DNA of 64,000 nt, taken from Candidatus Omnitrophota bacterium (lineage in GTDB: Bacteria; Omnitrophota; Gorgyraeia; Zapsychrales; Fredricksoniimonadaceae). Numbering within the stretch: the stretch's first letter is position 1; each line of letters opens with the position of its first letter. Below, piece after piece: positions 37,800 to 47,157 of this stretch. Made by a program: the position numbers and the translations under genes. The stretch spans positions 100,275-164,274 of the forward strand of contig CAIOPG010000006.1 in the NCBI GenBank assembly GCA_903860135.1. The letters are read 5' to 3'. The notes below the pieces were generated by a model. It saw nothing but the letters and a program-made list of their open reading frames with translations, had not been told where the DNA came from and did no database searches.

Positions 37800-38983
37800 T
37801 CAGTTTTACCGGATTATTGAATGACATCACCTCGTATGGGGACAACCTGCGTTATCGCCGTCACGCGGATCCGTCGCGCCGCCGCCCCATCGCGGTCTGG
37901 AATTGTTCCCGGCGCTGTAACCTGAGTTGTGTGCATTGTTACGCGGATTCGCGCGATACCGCCTATGCCGGAGAATTGACGACCGATGAAGCCAAGGCCA
38001 TGATCCGTGACCTTAAGGATTTTAACGTGCCGGTCCTTTTGTTTTCAGGCGGCGAGCCGTTGATGCGCCCTGATTTGTTTGAATTGAACGTTTATGCCCG
38101 GGAACTTGGCCTGCGCACGGTGATCTCGACCAACGGCACATTGATCACGCCAGAAGTCGCGCGCAAGATCAAAGCTACAGGGTTTGAATATATCGGTGTC
38201 AGCCTCGACGGGATCGGCAAGAACAATGATCGGTTCCGCGGCAAGATCGGGGCTTTTGAGGATGCCTTAAATGGCATCAGGAATCTGGTCGATGTCGGGC
38301 AGAAAGTCGGCCTGCGTTTTACGATCACGGGGCACAATTACCGCGACATGCCGCTGCTTTTTGATCTCGTCGAGAAAGAAGCGGTGAACCGTATTTGTTT
38401 TTATCACCTGGCGTATTCAGGGCGCGGCACAGATCTTAAAGAGAATGACCTGGGTTTGGAGGAAACGCGGCAGGCCATTGATCAGATCTATGAATGGGTC
38501 CTTTCTTTAAAACGGCGGGCGCTCGCCAAAGAGGTGTTGACCGTCGATAACCATGCTGACGGCGCGTATCTTTATTTGAAAGTCAAACGCGCGGATCCGG
38601 TGATGGCCGAGGCCATTTATCATTTGTTGAGGGCCAATGGCGGCAATGCGTCGGGGGTGGGTATTTCCAATATTGATAATGTCGGGAATGTGCATGGTGA
38701 TCAATTCTGGCAGAAGGTGTCTTTCGGTAATGTCAGGGAACGCAAGTTCGGTGATATCTGGATGGACACATCGCATGCGCTCATGGGCAAGCTCAAGGAC
38801 CGTCAGCCGCATTTGAAGGGAAGATGCCCCACGTGCAAGTTCCTGGATATTTGCAATGGCAATCTGCGGGTCCGTGCCTGGGCGGCGACAGGCGATGTCT
38901 GGGCCGATGACCCGGCGTGTTATTTGACAGACAAGGAAGTCTTTGAAACGGAAACGCCAGCTGTAAAGGTTCCGGGACAATGA
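37796..38983 (+). CDS. radical-SAM/SPASM enzyme of the alternative haem pathway (AhbC/AhbD type)
   Basis: CSRRCNLSCVHCY CxxxCxxC motif and a Cys-rich C-terminal SPASM-like region, embedded among hem/ahb genes. Confidence 0.65.
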   Translation: MISFTGLLNDITSYGDNLRYRRHADPSRRRPIAVWNCSRRCNLSCVHCYADSRDTAYAGELTTDEAKAMIRDLKDFNVPVLLFSGGEPLMRPDLFELNVYARELGLRTVISTNGTLITPEVARKIKATGFEYIGVSLDGIGKNNDRFRGKIGAFEDALNGIRNLVDVGQKVGLRFTITGHNYRDMPLLFDLVEKEAVNRICFYHLAYSGRGTDLKENDLGLEETRQAIDQIYEWVLSLKRRALAKEVLTVDNHADGAYLYLKVKRADPVMAEAIYHLLRANGGNASGVGISNIDNVGNVHGDQFWQKVSFGNVRERKFGDIWMDTSHALMGKLKDRQPHLKGRCPTCKFLDICNGNLRVRAWAATGDVWADDPACYLTDKEVFETETPAVKVPGQ

Positions 38984-39972
38984 CGCATCCTGCCAGAAAA
39001 GCTATTATTAAAAAACTGGCACCGGCGGCCTGTGGTTTTTCCCTGATCATGCCGTATTTTGTTATTGAAGGCAAAGGCATCAGGAATCCGGTTGTATCCA
39101 TGCCGGGGGTTGCCCAGCTGTCGATCGACAACCTGATCAAAGAGGTGGCGCTCGCCCGGAAGCTGGGGATTCCCGCTGTACTTATCTTCGGGATACCAGC
39201 GCATAAAGATCTGCGGGCAACCCAGGCGTATGCCCCTGACGGGATCGTGCAACAGGCCGTGCATGCCCTGAAGAAGGCCGTGCCGGAGATGATGGTCATC
39301 ACCGATGTTTGCCTGTGCGAGTACATGACCCATGGCCATTGCGGTGTGCTGAAGGACATGACGGGGCGACGCGCCATGCCGGCACGCCTCGCTGATTTCA
39401 TTGATCTCAAGCAAACACGAAAACTATTGGCAGTCACAGCCCTGACACAGGCGCGTGCGGGAGCGGATATGGTGGCGCCGTCGGCCATGATGCCCGGACA
39501 GGTGGGCGCCATCCGCGCGGTGCTTGATGAGAACGGGTTTAAACATATCCCGATCATGGGGTACAGCGCAAAATACGCCTCGGCGTTCTACGGGCCTTTC
39601 CGTGATGCCGCGCAGTCAGCGCCGAAGTTCGGCGACCGTTCCTTGTATCAACTGGATCCGGCCGATGCCCTGATCGCGCTCAAGGAAGTGGCGGCAGATA
39701 TTGATGAACAGGCGGACATTGTCATGGTTAAACCGGCGTTGCCGTACCTTGATGTGATCGCGCGGGTTCGAAGAAAGTTTAAGGCCCCTTTGGCCGCGTA
39801 CAATGTCAGCGGGGAATATGCCATGGTCAAGGCGGCCGCGGCCAACGGCTGGCTCGACGAGAAGAAAACAGTCCTTGAAATATTGACGGCGATCCATCGT
39901 GCCGGCGCGGGCATCATCATCAGTTACCATGCCTGTGACGCGGCGGTGTGGCTTAAGGAGACAAAGAAATGA
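38980..39972 (+). CDS. hemB: porphobilinogen synthase (ALA dehydratase)
   Basis: ...VMVKPALPYLD... active-site Lys context and ...GYSAKYASAFYGPFRDA... Confidence 0.9.
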   Translation: MTHPARKAIIKKLAPAACGFSLIMPYFVIEGKGIRNPVVSMPGVAQLSIDNLIKEVALARKLGIPAVLIFGIPAHKDLRATQAYAPDGIVQQAVHALKKAVPEMMVITDVCLCEYMTHGHCGVLKDMTGRRAMPARLADFIDLKQTRKLLAVTALTQARAGADMVAPSAMMPGQVGAIRAVLDENGFKHIPIMGYSAKYASAFYGPFRDAAQSAPKFGDRSLYQLDPADALIALKEVAADIDEQADIVMVKPALPYLDVIARVRRKFKAPLAAYNVSGEYAMVKAAAANGWLDEKKTVLEILTAIHRAGAGIIISYHACDAAVWLKETKK

Positions 39973-40940
39973 TCATTTCATGGAATATCACCAAGGCCTG
40001 CCAGTTGAAATGCCTGCATTGTTACCGGGATGCCGGCACGAAAGAAGCCGATGAATTGACTCCGGCGGAGGGTAAGGAGTTGATCGACGAGATCGCTCTC
40101 GCCGGGTTCAAGATCCTCATTATCAGCGGCGGAGAGCCGTTGATGCGCCCGGATGTGTATGACCTGATCGCGCATGCCAGGTCTAAAGGGTTGCGTCCGG
40201 TATTAGGGACCAACGGGTGCATGATCGACCGCACGGTGGCACGGAAGCTCAAGGAAGCCGGGCTCACGCGGGCCGGGATCAGCCTCGACAGCACCGATGC
40301 GGCGGTGCATGACAACTTCCGCCAGTATCCGGGCGCCTGGCAAGAAAGCCTGGCTGGGATGAAAGCGTGCCTCGATGAAGGCCTGGATTTTCAGATCCAC
40401 ACCACGGTGACAACGTATAATTATCAGAATGTCGAGAAGATCACGGACCTGGCGGTTACCCTTGGCGCCAAGGCGCATCATATCTTTTTTCTTGTCCCGA
40501 CGGGCAGAGGCAAAGACCTTGAAGCCCTGATCCCCTCGCATGCATATCAGGCGCTCTTGAAAAAGATCATGCACAAACAGCGTGCGGTCTCCATCGAATT
40601 AAAACCGGTGTGCGCGCCGCAATTTGTACCCTTGGCACAGGACATGCATCAGCCGACACGGTTTCAGCGCGGCTGTCTGGCGGGGGTCAGCTATTGCTGT
40701 ATCCTGCCCAATGGGGATGTGCATCCATGTCCCTATTTCCCGATCAAGGTTGGGAACACGCGCGCACAGAAATTCAGCGCGCTGTGGAAAAGCCATCCGC
40801 TGTTCAAGGAGTTGCGCGACGGGGAGTATAGCGGTAACTGCGGCGGCTGTCTGCATAAAACGACCTGCGGCGGGTGCCGTGCCCGGGCCTATGCCGCGAC
40901 GGGCAATTACATGGATTTTGACCCGGAGTGCATTTATTAA
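39969..40940 (+). CDS. radical-SAM/SPASM enzyme of the alternative haem pathway (AhbC/AhbD type)
   Basis: ITKACQLKCLHCY motif and a C-terminal Cys cluster (CGGCLHKTTCGGCRARA). Confidence 0.65.
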   Translation: MIISWNITKACQLKCLHCYRDAGTKEADELTPAEGKELIDEIALAGFKILIISGGEPLMRPDVYDLIAHARSKGLRPVLGTNGCMIDRTVARKLKEAGLTRAGISLDSTDAAVHDNFRQYPGAWQESLAGMKACLDEGLDFQIHTTVTTYNYQNVEKITDLAVTLGAKAHHIFFLVPTGRGKDLEALIPSHAYQALLKKIMHKQRAVSIELKPVCAPQFVPLAQDMHQPTRFQRGCLAGVSYCCILPNGDVHPCPYFPIKVGNTRAQKFSALWKSHPLFKELRDGEYSGNCGGCLHKTTCGGCRARAYAATGNYMDFDPECIY

Positions 40941-40966
40941 TTGTGCGTGTTGCTTGAAAATATCAG

Positions 40967-41111
40967 TGTGATCTTTTACCGGTTCTTAAGGCTTGCGGAT
41001 GCCTTGCTGCTCAGACAGCAGAAACAGCTTTTTCTTGAAATACTTTAAGGAAAGCTTGGTTTCTGAACTCGCGACGGCGGCACTCTTCAGCCTTAAACCG
41101 GTAAAAGCTAG
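40967..41111 (+). repeat. copy 2 of the ~146-nt structured intergenic element, upstream of ahbA
   Basis: Same architecture as copy 1. Its outer stem is cttttaccggttcttaaggcttg / cagccttaaaccggtaaaag, with compensatory changes (aag→agg in the 5' arm paired with ctt→cct in the 3' arm) relative to copy 1. Confidence 0.8.
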
Positions 41112-41130
41112 TCGGAAATATGGTTATTAT

Positions 41131-41583
41131 ATGTTGACTATAAAAGATAAGAAATTTCTCAGGAAGCTTCAGACGGATTTCCCGTTGGTGTCCCGGCCTT
41201 TTGCTGTGTTGGCGGCAGAGCAGGGAGTTACCGAGGCGGAGCTGTTGGCTTATTTCAAGGATTTGCGTCAACAAGGTGTCCTGCGTTATATCGCGGTGAT
41301 GTTTGAATTGAAGGCGCTGGGTATTATTTCAAGTTTGATCGGTATGCGCGTCCCTGCGGACAAACTTGATGCGACGGTGGCTATCATCAATGCGTATCCG
41401 AATGTAAGCCATAATTATCTGCGCGAAGGTGAGTACAATGTCTGGTTCACTGTCAGTGCGGCGTCGGAACGCCGTCTTAAATCGATCCTGGCAGATATCC
41501 GCAAGAAGAGCGGTATTAAAGCTATGCTGGACCTAAGGACGCGGCGGGTTTTTAAGAATCAGGCTGTCTTTGAATTGAAATGA
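41131..41583 (+). CDS. siroheme decarboxylase subunit (AhbA/AhbB; NirD/NirL-like Lrp/AsnC fold)
   Basis: About 150 aa, similar to NirDLGH-type subunits. The start is placed after the repeat element; the listed ORF 40993.. reads through the repeat. Confidence 0.7.
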   Translation: MLTIKDKKFLRKLQTDFPLVSRPFAVLAAEQGVTEAELLAYFKDLRQQGVLRYIAVMFELKALGIISSLIGMRVPADKLDATVAIINAYPNVSHNYLREGEYNVWFTVSAASERRLKSILADIRKKSGIKAMLDLRTRRVFKNQAVFELK

Positions 41584-41584
41584 T

Positions 41585-42055
41585 ATGAAAATATCCAAAG
41601 AAATCATCTTTGCCCTTGCGGCGCCATTAAAACTGGTTAAACAACCGTATGCCGCCATCGCCAAAGAATTGGGCATCGACGAAGCGACCCTTTTAACCAA
41701 GATCAGGCAATGCAAGGCTGCGGGCGTTATTCGCCGTGTGGGTGTTGTTCTGGGGCATTTCAAGGCCGGATACACGAGCAATGCGCTGGTCAGCTGGAAT
41801 GTCGCCGAAGCTGATCTTGAGGCTCAGGGCAAACTACTGGCCACGTTTCCTCAAGTTACTCACTGCTATGTGCGTCAGACGTATCCGCAGTGGCCGTACA
41901 GCCTTTATACCATGGTGCACGCGCGGCATGCTAAAGAGCTGGCGGCGACGATCAAGGCCATGGCGCAGCAGTCGGGGATTAAGGATTACACGATCAGGAC
42001 AACGCTCAAGGAATTCAAAAAGATCAAAAGTGATCTGAAAGGGATACTCGCATGA
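41585..42055 (+). CDS. siroheme decarboxylase subunit (AhbA/AhbB paralogue)
   Basis: Paralogous to the preceding gene (...LGIDEATLLTKIRQ...AGVIRRVG...). Confidence 0.7.
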   Translation: MKISKEIIFALAAPLKLVKQPYAAIAKELGIDEATLLTKIRQCKAAGVIRRVGVVLGHFKAGYTSNALVSWNVAEADLEAQGKLLATFPQVTHCYVRQTYPQWPYSLYTMVHARHAKELAATIKAMAQQSGIKDYTIRTTLKEFKKIKSDLKGILA

Positions 42056-43314
42056 AATTTGATCGATCCAGGAAACTTTTTACGGAGGCCTGCCGTTATT
42101 TTCCTGGCGGCGTTAATAGCCCGGTGCGTGCCTTTGGTGCGGTGGGCGGGAGCCCTCTTTTTATCAAGAAAGGCGCCGGGTCGAAGATCACCGATGTTGA
42201 CGGGAATACGTACATTGATTATGTGATGAGCTGGGGGGCGTTGATCCTCGGGCATGCGGTTCCGGAAGTTGTAGCGGCTGTCAGTAAGGCGGCGGCTTTA
42301 GGGTCAAGTTTCGGCGCGCCGACTGAGTCCGAATCGAAGCTGGCAACGGTTATTTCACACGCAATACCGTCGATGGAGCGCCTGCGTTTGGTTAGTTCGG
42401 GGACGGAAGCCACGATGAGCGCGATCCGTCTAAGCCGCGGGTTCACGGGGCGCGACAAGATCATCAAATTTGATGGCTGTTATCACGGGCATGGCGACAG
42501 CTTGCTCGTCAAGGCTGGTTCGGGGGCGGCCACGCAGGGCATCCCCGGGAGCGCGGGGGTGACAGCGGCCCTCAGCCGGGATACGCTGGTATGCCCTTAC
42601 AATGATATAAGTGCGTTGCGTAAGATTGTCGCCCAGCATGCGGCGTCGATCGCCTGTGTGATCATCGAGCCGGTGGCGGCGAATATGGGCGTTGTGATGC
42701 CCGATGCGGCTTTTCTTCAGGCAGTGCGCGACCTTACGGCCAGGCATGGCATTGTCCTGATCTATGATGAGGTCATCACAGGCTTCCGTTTTCATTTTGG
42801 CGGGGTGCAGACCCTGCAGAAGATCAAGCCTGACCTGACCTGCCTCGGCAAGATCATCGGCGGGGGGCTTCCGATCGCCGCTTACGGCGGGAAGAAAGAG
42901 ATCATGGATTGCGTGGCACCTTTAGGCCAGGTGTATCAGGCCGGGACGCTGTCGGGCAATCCCGTTGCTGTGGCGGCGGGACTGGCGATGCTGAAAGTGC
43001 TCAAGACCAAAGATTATGCCGCGCTCGATCACAAGGCCGCGCGCCTGTGTGAAGGGTTGAAAGAAAGTTTCACACGCAAGCATATGCCAGTCACGATCAA
43101 TCGCGCCGGGTCATTGTTCACTGTTTTCTTTACACCTCAGCCCGTCACAGATTTTACGACGGCAAGAACGTCTGATACGAAGAAATATGCGGCGTATTTC
43201 AAGGCCATGCTTCATGCGGGCATCAATTTGCCGCCGTCGCAGTTCGAGGCGCAGTTCCTTTCTTTTAGCCACACGGATAAAGATGTGGCCTTGACGCTCA
43301 GGGCGGTAAAATAA
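42052..43314 (+). CDS. hemL: glutamate-1-semialdehyde 2,1-aminomutase
   Basis: ...YFPGGVNSPVRAF... and the PLP Lys region. Confidence 0.9.
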   Translation: MKFDRSRKLFTEACRYFPGGVNSPVRAFGAVGGSPLFIKKGAGSKITDVDGNTYIDYVMSWGALILGHAVPEVVAAVSKAAALGSSFGAPTESESKLATVISHAIPSMERLRLVSSGTEATMSAIRLSRGFTGRDKIIKFDGCYHGHGDSLLVKAGSGAATQGIPGSAGVTAALSRDTLVCPYNDISALRKIVAQHAASIACVIIEPVAANMGVVMPDAAFLQAVRDLTARHGIVLIYDEVITGFRFHFGGVQTLQKIKPDLTCLGKIIGGGLPIAAYGGKKEIMDCVAPLGQVYQAGTLSGNPVAVAAGLAMLKVLKTKDYAALDHKAARLCEGLKESFTRKHMPVTINRAGSLFTVFFTPQPVTDFTTARTSDTKKYAAYFKAMLHAGINLPPSQFEAQFLSFSHTDKDVALTLRAVK

Positions 43315-44796
43315 ATGGGCAAAGATCAACTGAAAGCGTCGCAGGTGCGACCTTTTTTCGTGTGTCTTTTATTTGCCATTTGCTTTCTTTTGCGGCTCTA
43401 TCAGCTGGGTTATCATGACCTCTGGTTTGACGAGGTCGCTTCGGCAGGTTATGCCCAGCACCCGTGGGGTAACTGGAATGCGCCATTTTATTGGATATTC
43501 TTGCATGGGTGGGTGAAATTCTTCGGATTTTCTGAATTTGTTTTACGGTTTCCTTCTCTCATTTTCAGTCTTTCTTCCGTTGTTTTTTTATTCTTTCTTG
43601 GTAAAGAGTTGTTCAACGCGCGGGTTGGTTTTTGTGCGGCTTTGTTCATGGGTTTGTCGCCTTTTCATTTATGGTATGCGCAAGAGGCCAGGGATTACAC
43701 TATGGTCTTGTGCCTAGGCGTCTGCGCTTCCTTATTGTTGGCCAAGGCATTGAAGCAGGACCGTAGTATATTCTGGATATCTTTCGCGCTAGTTTCCATG
43801 ATCGGGCTGTATACAAATTATTTCTATGCTGTTCTGCTGATGGCACAGGGCGGTGTGGTCTTGGCTTTTAAAAGGCATCAGATAAAGTTCTTGGAAGTGC
43901 TTTCTTTCCTGATTCCAGTGCTGGCCTTTTCTTATTACCTGCCACATTTCTTTGAGAAGTTCATTTATATTGCGCATGGGTTTTGGGTTCCCCGGCCATC
44001 GCCTGCATCGTTACTAATAACGTTGGAGAATTTTTTGCTGGGATATAATGGCTGGCCGGCATTATATTTGGTAGCGGACATCGTTATAGGCATCTTGTTC
44101 GTTGCAGCCTGCTGGAATGCTTATCGGCAGAAGTTGTACCAGAATTTTCTGGTATGCCTGGTCTTATTTTTGATCCCTATTGGTTGCATTTTTATCTTTT
44201 CCATAAACTTTTTCTCCATTTACCTGGATCGCGCGTTTCTGATCTTCACGCCTTTCTTTTATCTTGTTTTATCTGTAGGCCTGGGTTATGCCTCGCGCTG
44301 GTTCAGGTTCTTGGCGGTGGCTGTTCTGGCGGGATTGATGTTAACGTCGGTCGCGGCATTCTTTAAGAATCATATGGTGATGCCTTTTGAACATCATGTG
44401 GGGGTCTGGCTCAAGAAACCGATTAAGCCTGTAGGGGTTTTTCTGAAGGCGCATCTGGCGTCGGATGATGCCTTGGCGTTTACAAATAATTCTATTCTAC
44501 GATCTTTGTATTTCTACCATCATCAAGGTCTACCTTTATATTATTATTTATTTGATCCAAGGTTCCCCGAGACCGACTGGCAGCGGCCGATCCAGGAAAG
44601 TCCTCGTTGCATTCCGTATTACAAGGCAAGCGGGTTGAAATTCAATAAATTATGGGTGGTTTTCTCGGACTGGCCGCGGGACAAAACCCTTGGCCCAAGT
44701 TCGCAATCGACCAAGGACTGGCTGGACAAGAATATGGTTCAGGAATTTTCCAGGGAATTTGATGGACTGATGGTGGTACGCTATGCGCGCCCATAA
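43315..44796 (+). CDS. GT-C glycosyltransferase (GT39/ArnT/PMT-like polytopic membrane protein)
   Basis: About 11 TMs, with the DE motif in the first loop (HDLWFDEVASA) typical of GT39/GT83. Confidence 0.7.
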   Translation: MGKDQLKASQVRPFFVCLLFAICFLLRLYQLGYHDLWFDEVASAGYAQHPWGNWNAPFYWIFLHGWVKFFGFSEFVLRFPSLIFSLSSVVFLFFLGKELFNARVGFCAALFMGLSPFHLWYAQEARDYTMVLCLGVCASLLLAKALKQDRSIFWISFALVSMIGLYTNYFYAVLLMAQGGVVLAFKRHQIKFLEVLSFLIPVLAFSYYLPHFFEKFIYIAHGFWVPRPSPASLLITLENFLLGYNGWPALYLVADIVIGILFVAACWNAYRQKLYQNFLVCLVLFLIPIGCIFIFSINFFSIYLDRAFLIFTPFFYLVLSVGLGYASRWFRFLAVAVLAGLMLTSVAAFFKNHMVMPFEHHVGVWLKKPIKPVGVFLKAHLASDDALAFTNNSILRSLYFYHHQGLPLYYYLFDPRFPETDWQRPIQESPRCIPYYKASGLKFNKLWVVFSDWPRDKTLGPSSQSTKDWLDKNMVQEFSREFDGLMVVRYARP

Positions 44797-46009
44797 CGCT
44801 AGCGATCATCGCACCCCGGCCACGCGGCTGTTGTGCGCGATAATTGGCGAAGTTGTGACCCAAAAGAAGGACGAGCGTATGCCCGCCCTGATCGGGGCAT
44901 CGACGATCGATTGGGATGTTTTTAAGCGCGGTCTTGGGTATCATGGCCTAGGGCCGTTGGCGTACATGAGCTTGAAAGCGTATGCGGACACGTTGCCGCC
45001 TGATATCGTCGGTACGTTAAAGGCAACATATTATGCTTCCTTAAAACAGGTCGTGGCTTTTGAGGAGCATTTCTTTATTTTGGAAGCGGCATGTGCTCAA
45101 CAAGGACTGTTGATGGTACCGTTCAAGGGCATGGCCATCGTTGAGGATCTTTACGCGGAAAATCCTGTCCGGCCAAGTTGTGACATTGATGTTTTGGTGC
45201 ACCGGGAGGATATTGATCAGGTTATCACGGTCATGGAGGGGCTGGGATTTGAAAAAGAATTATCCGGGCTGAAAGAGTCTTACTGGAGGACACAGTATCA
45301 TATTGCTCTTCGGAAGAATGTCCATGGCCGGCGGCCGTTAGTGGTCGAGGTGCATTGGGATATTGATTATCCGCGCAAAGGGCGGCCTTTATTACCGGAG
45401 AAGTTTAACCGGTTAAGGGAGATCGCCGTCGGCGGGCGAAAGGTCAAGATTCTTTCGGTGGAAGATACGTTCTTTGGCTTAGCTTTGCACCAGCGGCGGT
45501 TTGGTCAGGTCCTCAACCTTAAGGATGTATGTGACATGGGCCGGTTGCTGAAGAAATACGCGGCTACTTTTGACTGGGATTATATTATTCGGGAGAGCAG
45601 GAGTTCTAGGTTGCGCGCCACGGTTTATTTCGCGCTTTTTCAGGTGAAATTCTTCTTTGACATTCATGTTCCTGAGCAGGTGATGGCGGTTTTGGCTGTG
45701 CCATCTTTCCAGAAAAAGATGATCGAGCGTTTTATAAGAAGGAATACCTTTTGGGATGATCCGGATTATAATTTAAAAGACCGTTTTCTAAAGGTGCATT
45801 TTTTGTTATATGATGACATTTGGGAGCCGGCAGTTTATATTCTGGTGATCCCTATTGAACAGTTTGCCAAGTTCTATGAACTCGATCCATATACTAGGAA
45901 GACAAGGTGGCTGTATCACTTCAGTTTCTTTTATGTGATATTCCGCCGAGTTCTGGTGTATTGGAGAAGATTATGGAAATGGTTTGACCGGAGGTGTCAT
46001 GAAGAATAA
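44783..46009 (+). CDS. nucleotidyltransferase-family protein of the type found in RiPP clusters (PF14907-like), putative
   Basis: The hG[S/G]-type region ...MVPFKGMAIVEDLY...CDIDVLVH resembles a minimal nucleotidyltransferase (GS...D.D). The true start is probably the internal MPALIG (~44879). Confidence 0.45.
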   Translation: MRAHNASDHRTPATRLLCAIIGEVVTQKKDERMPALIGASTIDWDVFKRGLGYHGLGPLAYMSLKAYADTLPPDIVGTLKATYYASLKQVVAFEEHFFILEAACAQQGLLMVPFKGMAIVEDLYAENPVRPSCDIDVLVHREDIDQVITVMEGLGFEKELSGLKESYWRTQYHIALRKNVHGRRPLVVEVHWDIDYPRKGRPLLPEKFNRLREIAVGGRKVKILSVEDTFFGLALHQRRFGQVLNLKDVCDMGRLLKKYAATFDWDYIIRESRSSRLRATVYFALFQVKFFFDIHVPEQVMAVLAVPSFQKKMIERFIRRNTFWDDPDYNLKDRFLKVHFLLYDDIWEPAVYILVIPIEQFAKFYELDPYTRKTRWLYHFSFFYVIFRRVLVYWRRLWKWFDRRCHEE

Positions 46010-47126
46010 TTTTTCGATCAATCAGCCTTTAGCGGCATTCTCGTTATGGCAGAAGTTTAAGGCGGAAAGAAGGTTGTATGCATTTGATCTGGAGATCACG
46101 GCCCGGTGCAATAACAACTGCCGTCACTGTTATGTGAATTATCCGGCGGATTGTAACGAGATCCGACAGAAGGAGCTCTCTCTAGATCAGATCAAGCACC
46201 TCGTTGACCAAGCGGTTGATATGGGTGCGTTGTGGTGCCTGATCACAGGCGGAGAGCCACTGTTGCGCCCGGACTTCTTTGATATTTATTTTTACATCAA
46301 AAGCAAAGGACTTTTGGTTTCGGTCTTTACTAACGCGACCATGATCACAGAGGAGCATGTGGCCTTCTTCAAGAAATATCCGCCACGCGAAATTGAGGTG
46401 ACGGTTTATGGCGTGACCTGCGCGACCTATGAGGATGTCAGCCGGGTCAAGGGCTCGTTTAGCCGGTTTATGCGTGGGGTGGATCTGTTGATGACAGGTG
46501 GCGTCAAGGTGCGTTTCAAAGCCATGGCCTTGCGTTCTAATGTTGATGGAATGCAGGCGATTGCTACTTTCTGCCGTGAAAGGACCCGCGATTATTTCCG
46601 GTTCGACCCATCCCTGCATCTGCGTTGTGATGGGGATATTCAACGGAATGAAGAGATCCGTTCCGAGCGATTGTCGCCCGCCGAGTTTGTGGCCCTTGAA
46701 AAAGCGGATGCGGAACGTTTCGGAGCACTCGAGAAGAACTGCGATAAACTCATTGTGCCTGCGCTGGAGCATCTTGCCTGCCATCATCTTTTCCATTGCG
46801 GGTCAGGCAATGGGAGTTTTTATGTCAGTTATGACGGCTTTTTCCGCTTGTGTTCGTCTTTGTGCCAGAAAGATTGTGTTTATGACTTAAAGAAAGGTTC
46901 GCTGAAAGAAGCCTGGGAGTGCTTTGTGCCACAAGTGCGCGCGATGACATCCGACAACAAGGAGTTCCTGGAAAAGTGCCGCGTGTGCCCGATCATCAAT
47001 CTCTGTCTCTGGTGCCCAGCGCACGCGCATCTTGAGACCGGTCGGCTCGACCAGCCAGTCCAATTTTTTTGCGATATAGCGCATGCACGGCAAGCTTCGC
47101 TTGAGGCGAATAATAAAGTTAGTTAA
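45984..47126 (+). CDS. radical-SAM/SPASM peptide-modifying enzyme (paralogue 1)
   Basis: CNNNCRHCY cluster, and a C-terminal SPASM-like Cys cluster (CGSGNGS...CRVCPIINLCLWCPAHA). Confidence 0.8.
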   Translation: MTGGVMKNNFSINQPLAAFSLWQKFKAERRLYAFDLEITARCNNNCRHCYVNYPADCNEIRQKELSLDQIKHLVDQAVDMGALWCLITGGEPLLRPDFFDIYFYIKSKGLLVSVFTNATMITEEHVAFFKKYPPREIEVTVYGVTCATYEDVSRVKGSFSRFMRGVDLLMTGGVKVRFKAMALRSNVDGMQAIATFCRERTRDYFRFDPSLHLRCDGDIQRNEEIRSERLSPAEFVALEKADAERFGALEKNCDKLIVPALEHLACHHLFHCGSGNGSFYVSYDGFFRLCSSLCQKDCVYDLKKGSLKEAWECFVPQVRAMTSDNKEFLEKCRVCPIINLCLWCPAHAHLETGRLDQPVQFFCDIAHARQASLEANNKVS

Positions 47127-47157
47127 ATGGGCGTCATAAATCTACGGAGGGTTCATA

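Noticed and set aside
40993-41130. N-terminal extension of the ahbA ORF beginning at 40993 (MRMPCCSDSRNSFFLKYF...).
   Set aside because: The extension reads through the conserved intergenic structured repeat, and the same repeat upstream of cobA is non-coding. The AhbA/NirD-like domain begins at the ATG at 41131.
47127-47157. The first ATG (47127) as the precursor start (MGVINLRRVH...).
   Set aside because: It lies immediately after the rSAM stop with no Shine-Dalgarno sequence. The ATG at 47158 is preceded by GGAGGG at ideal spacing. Both are reported, but the shorter form is preferred.
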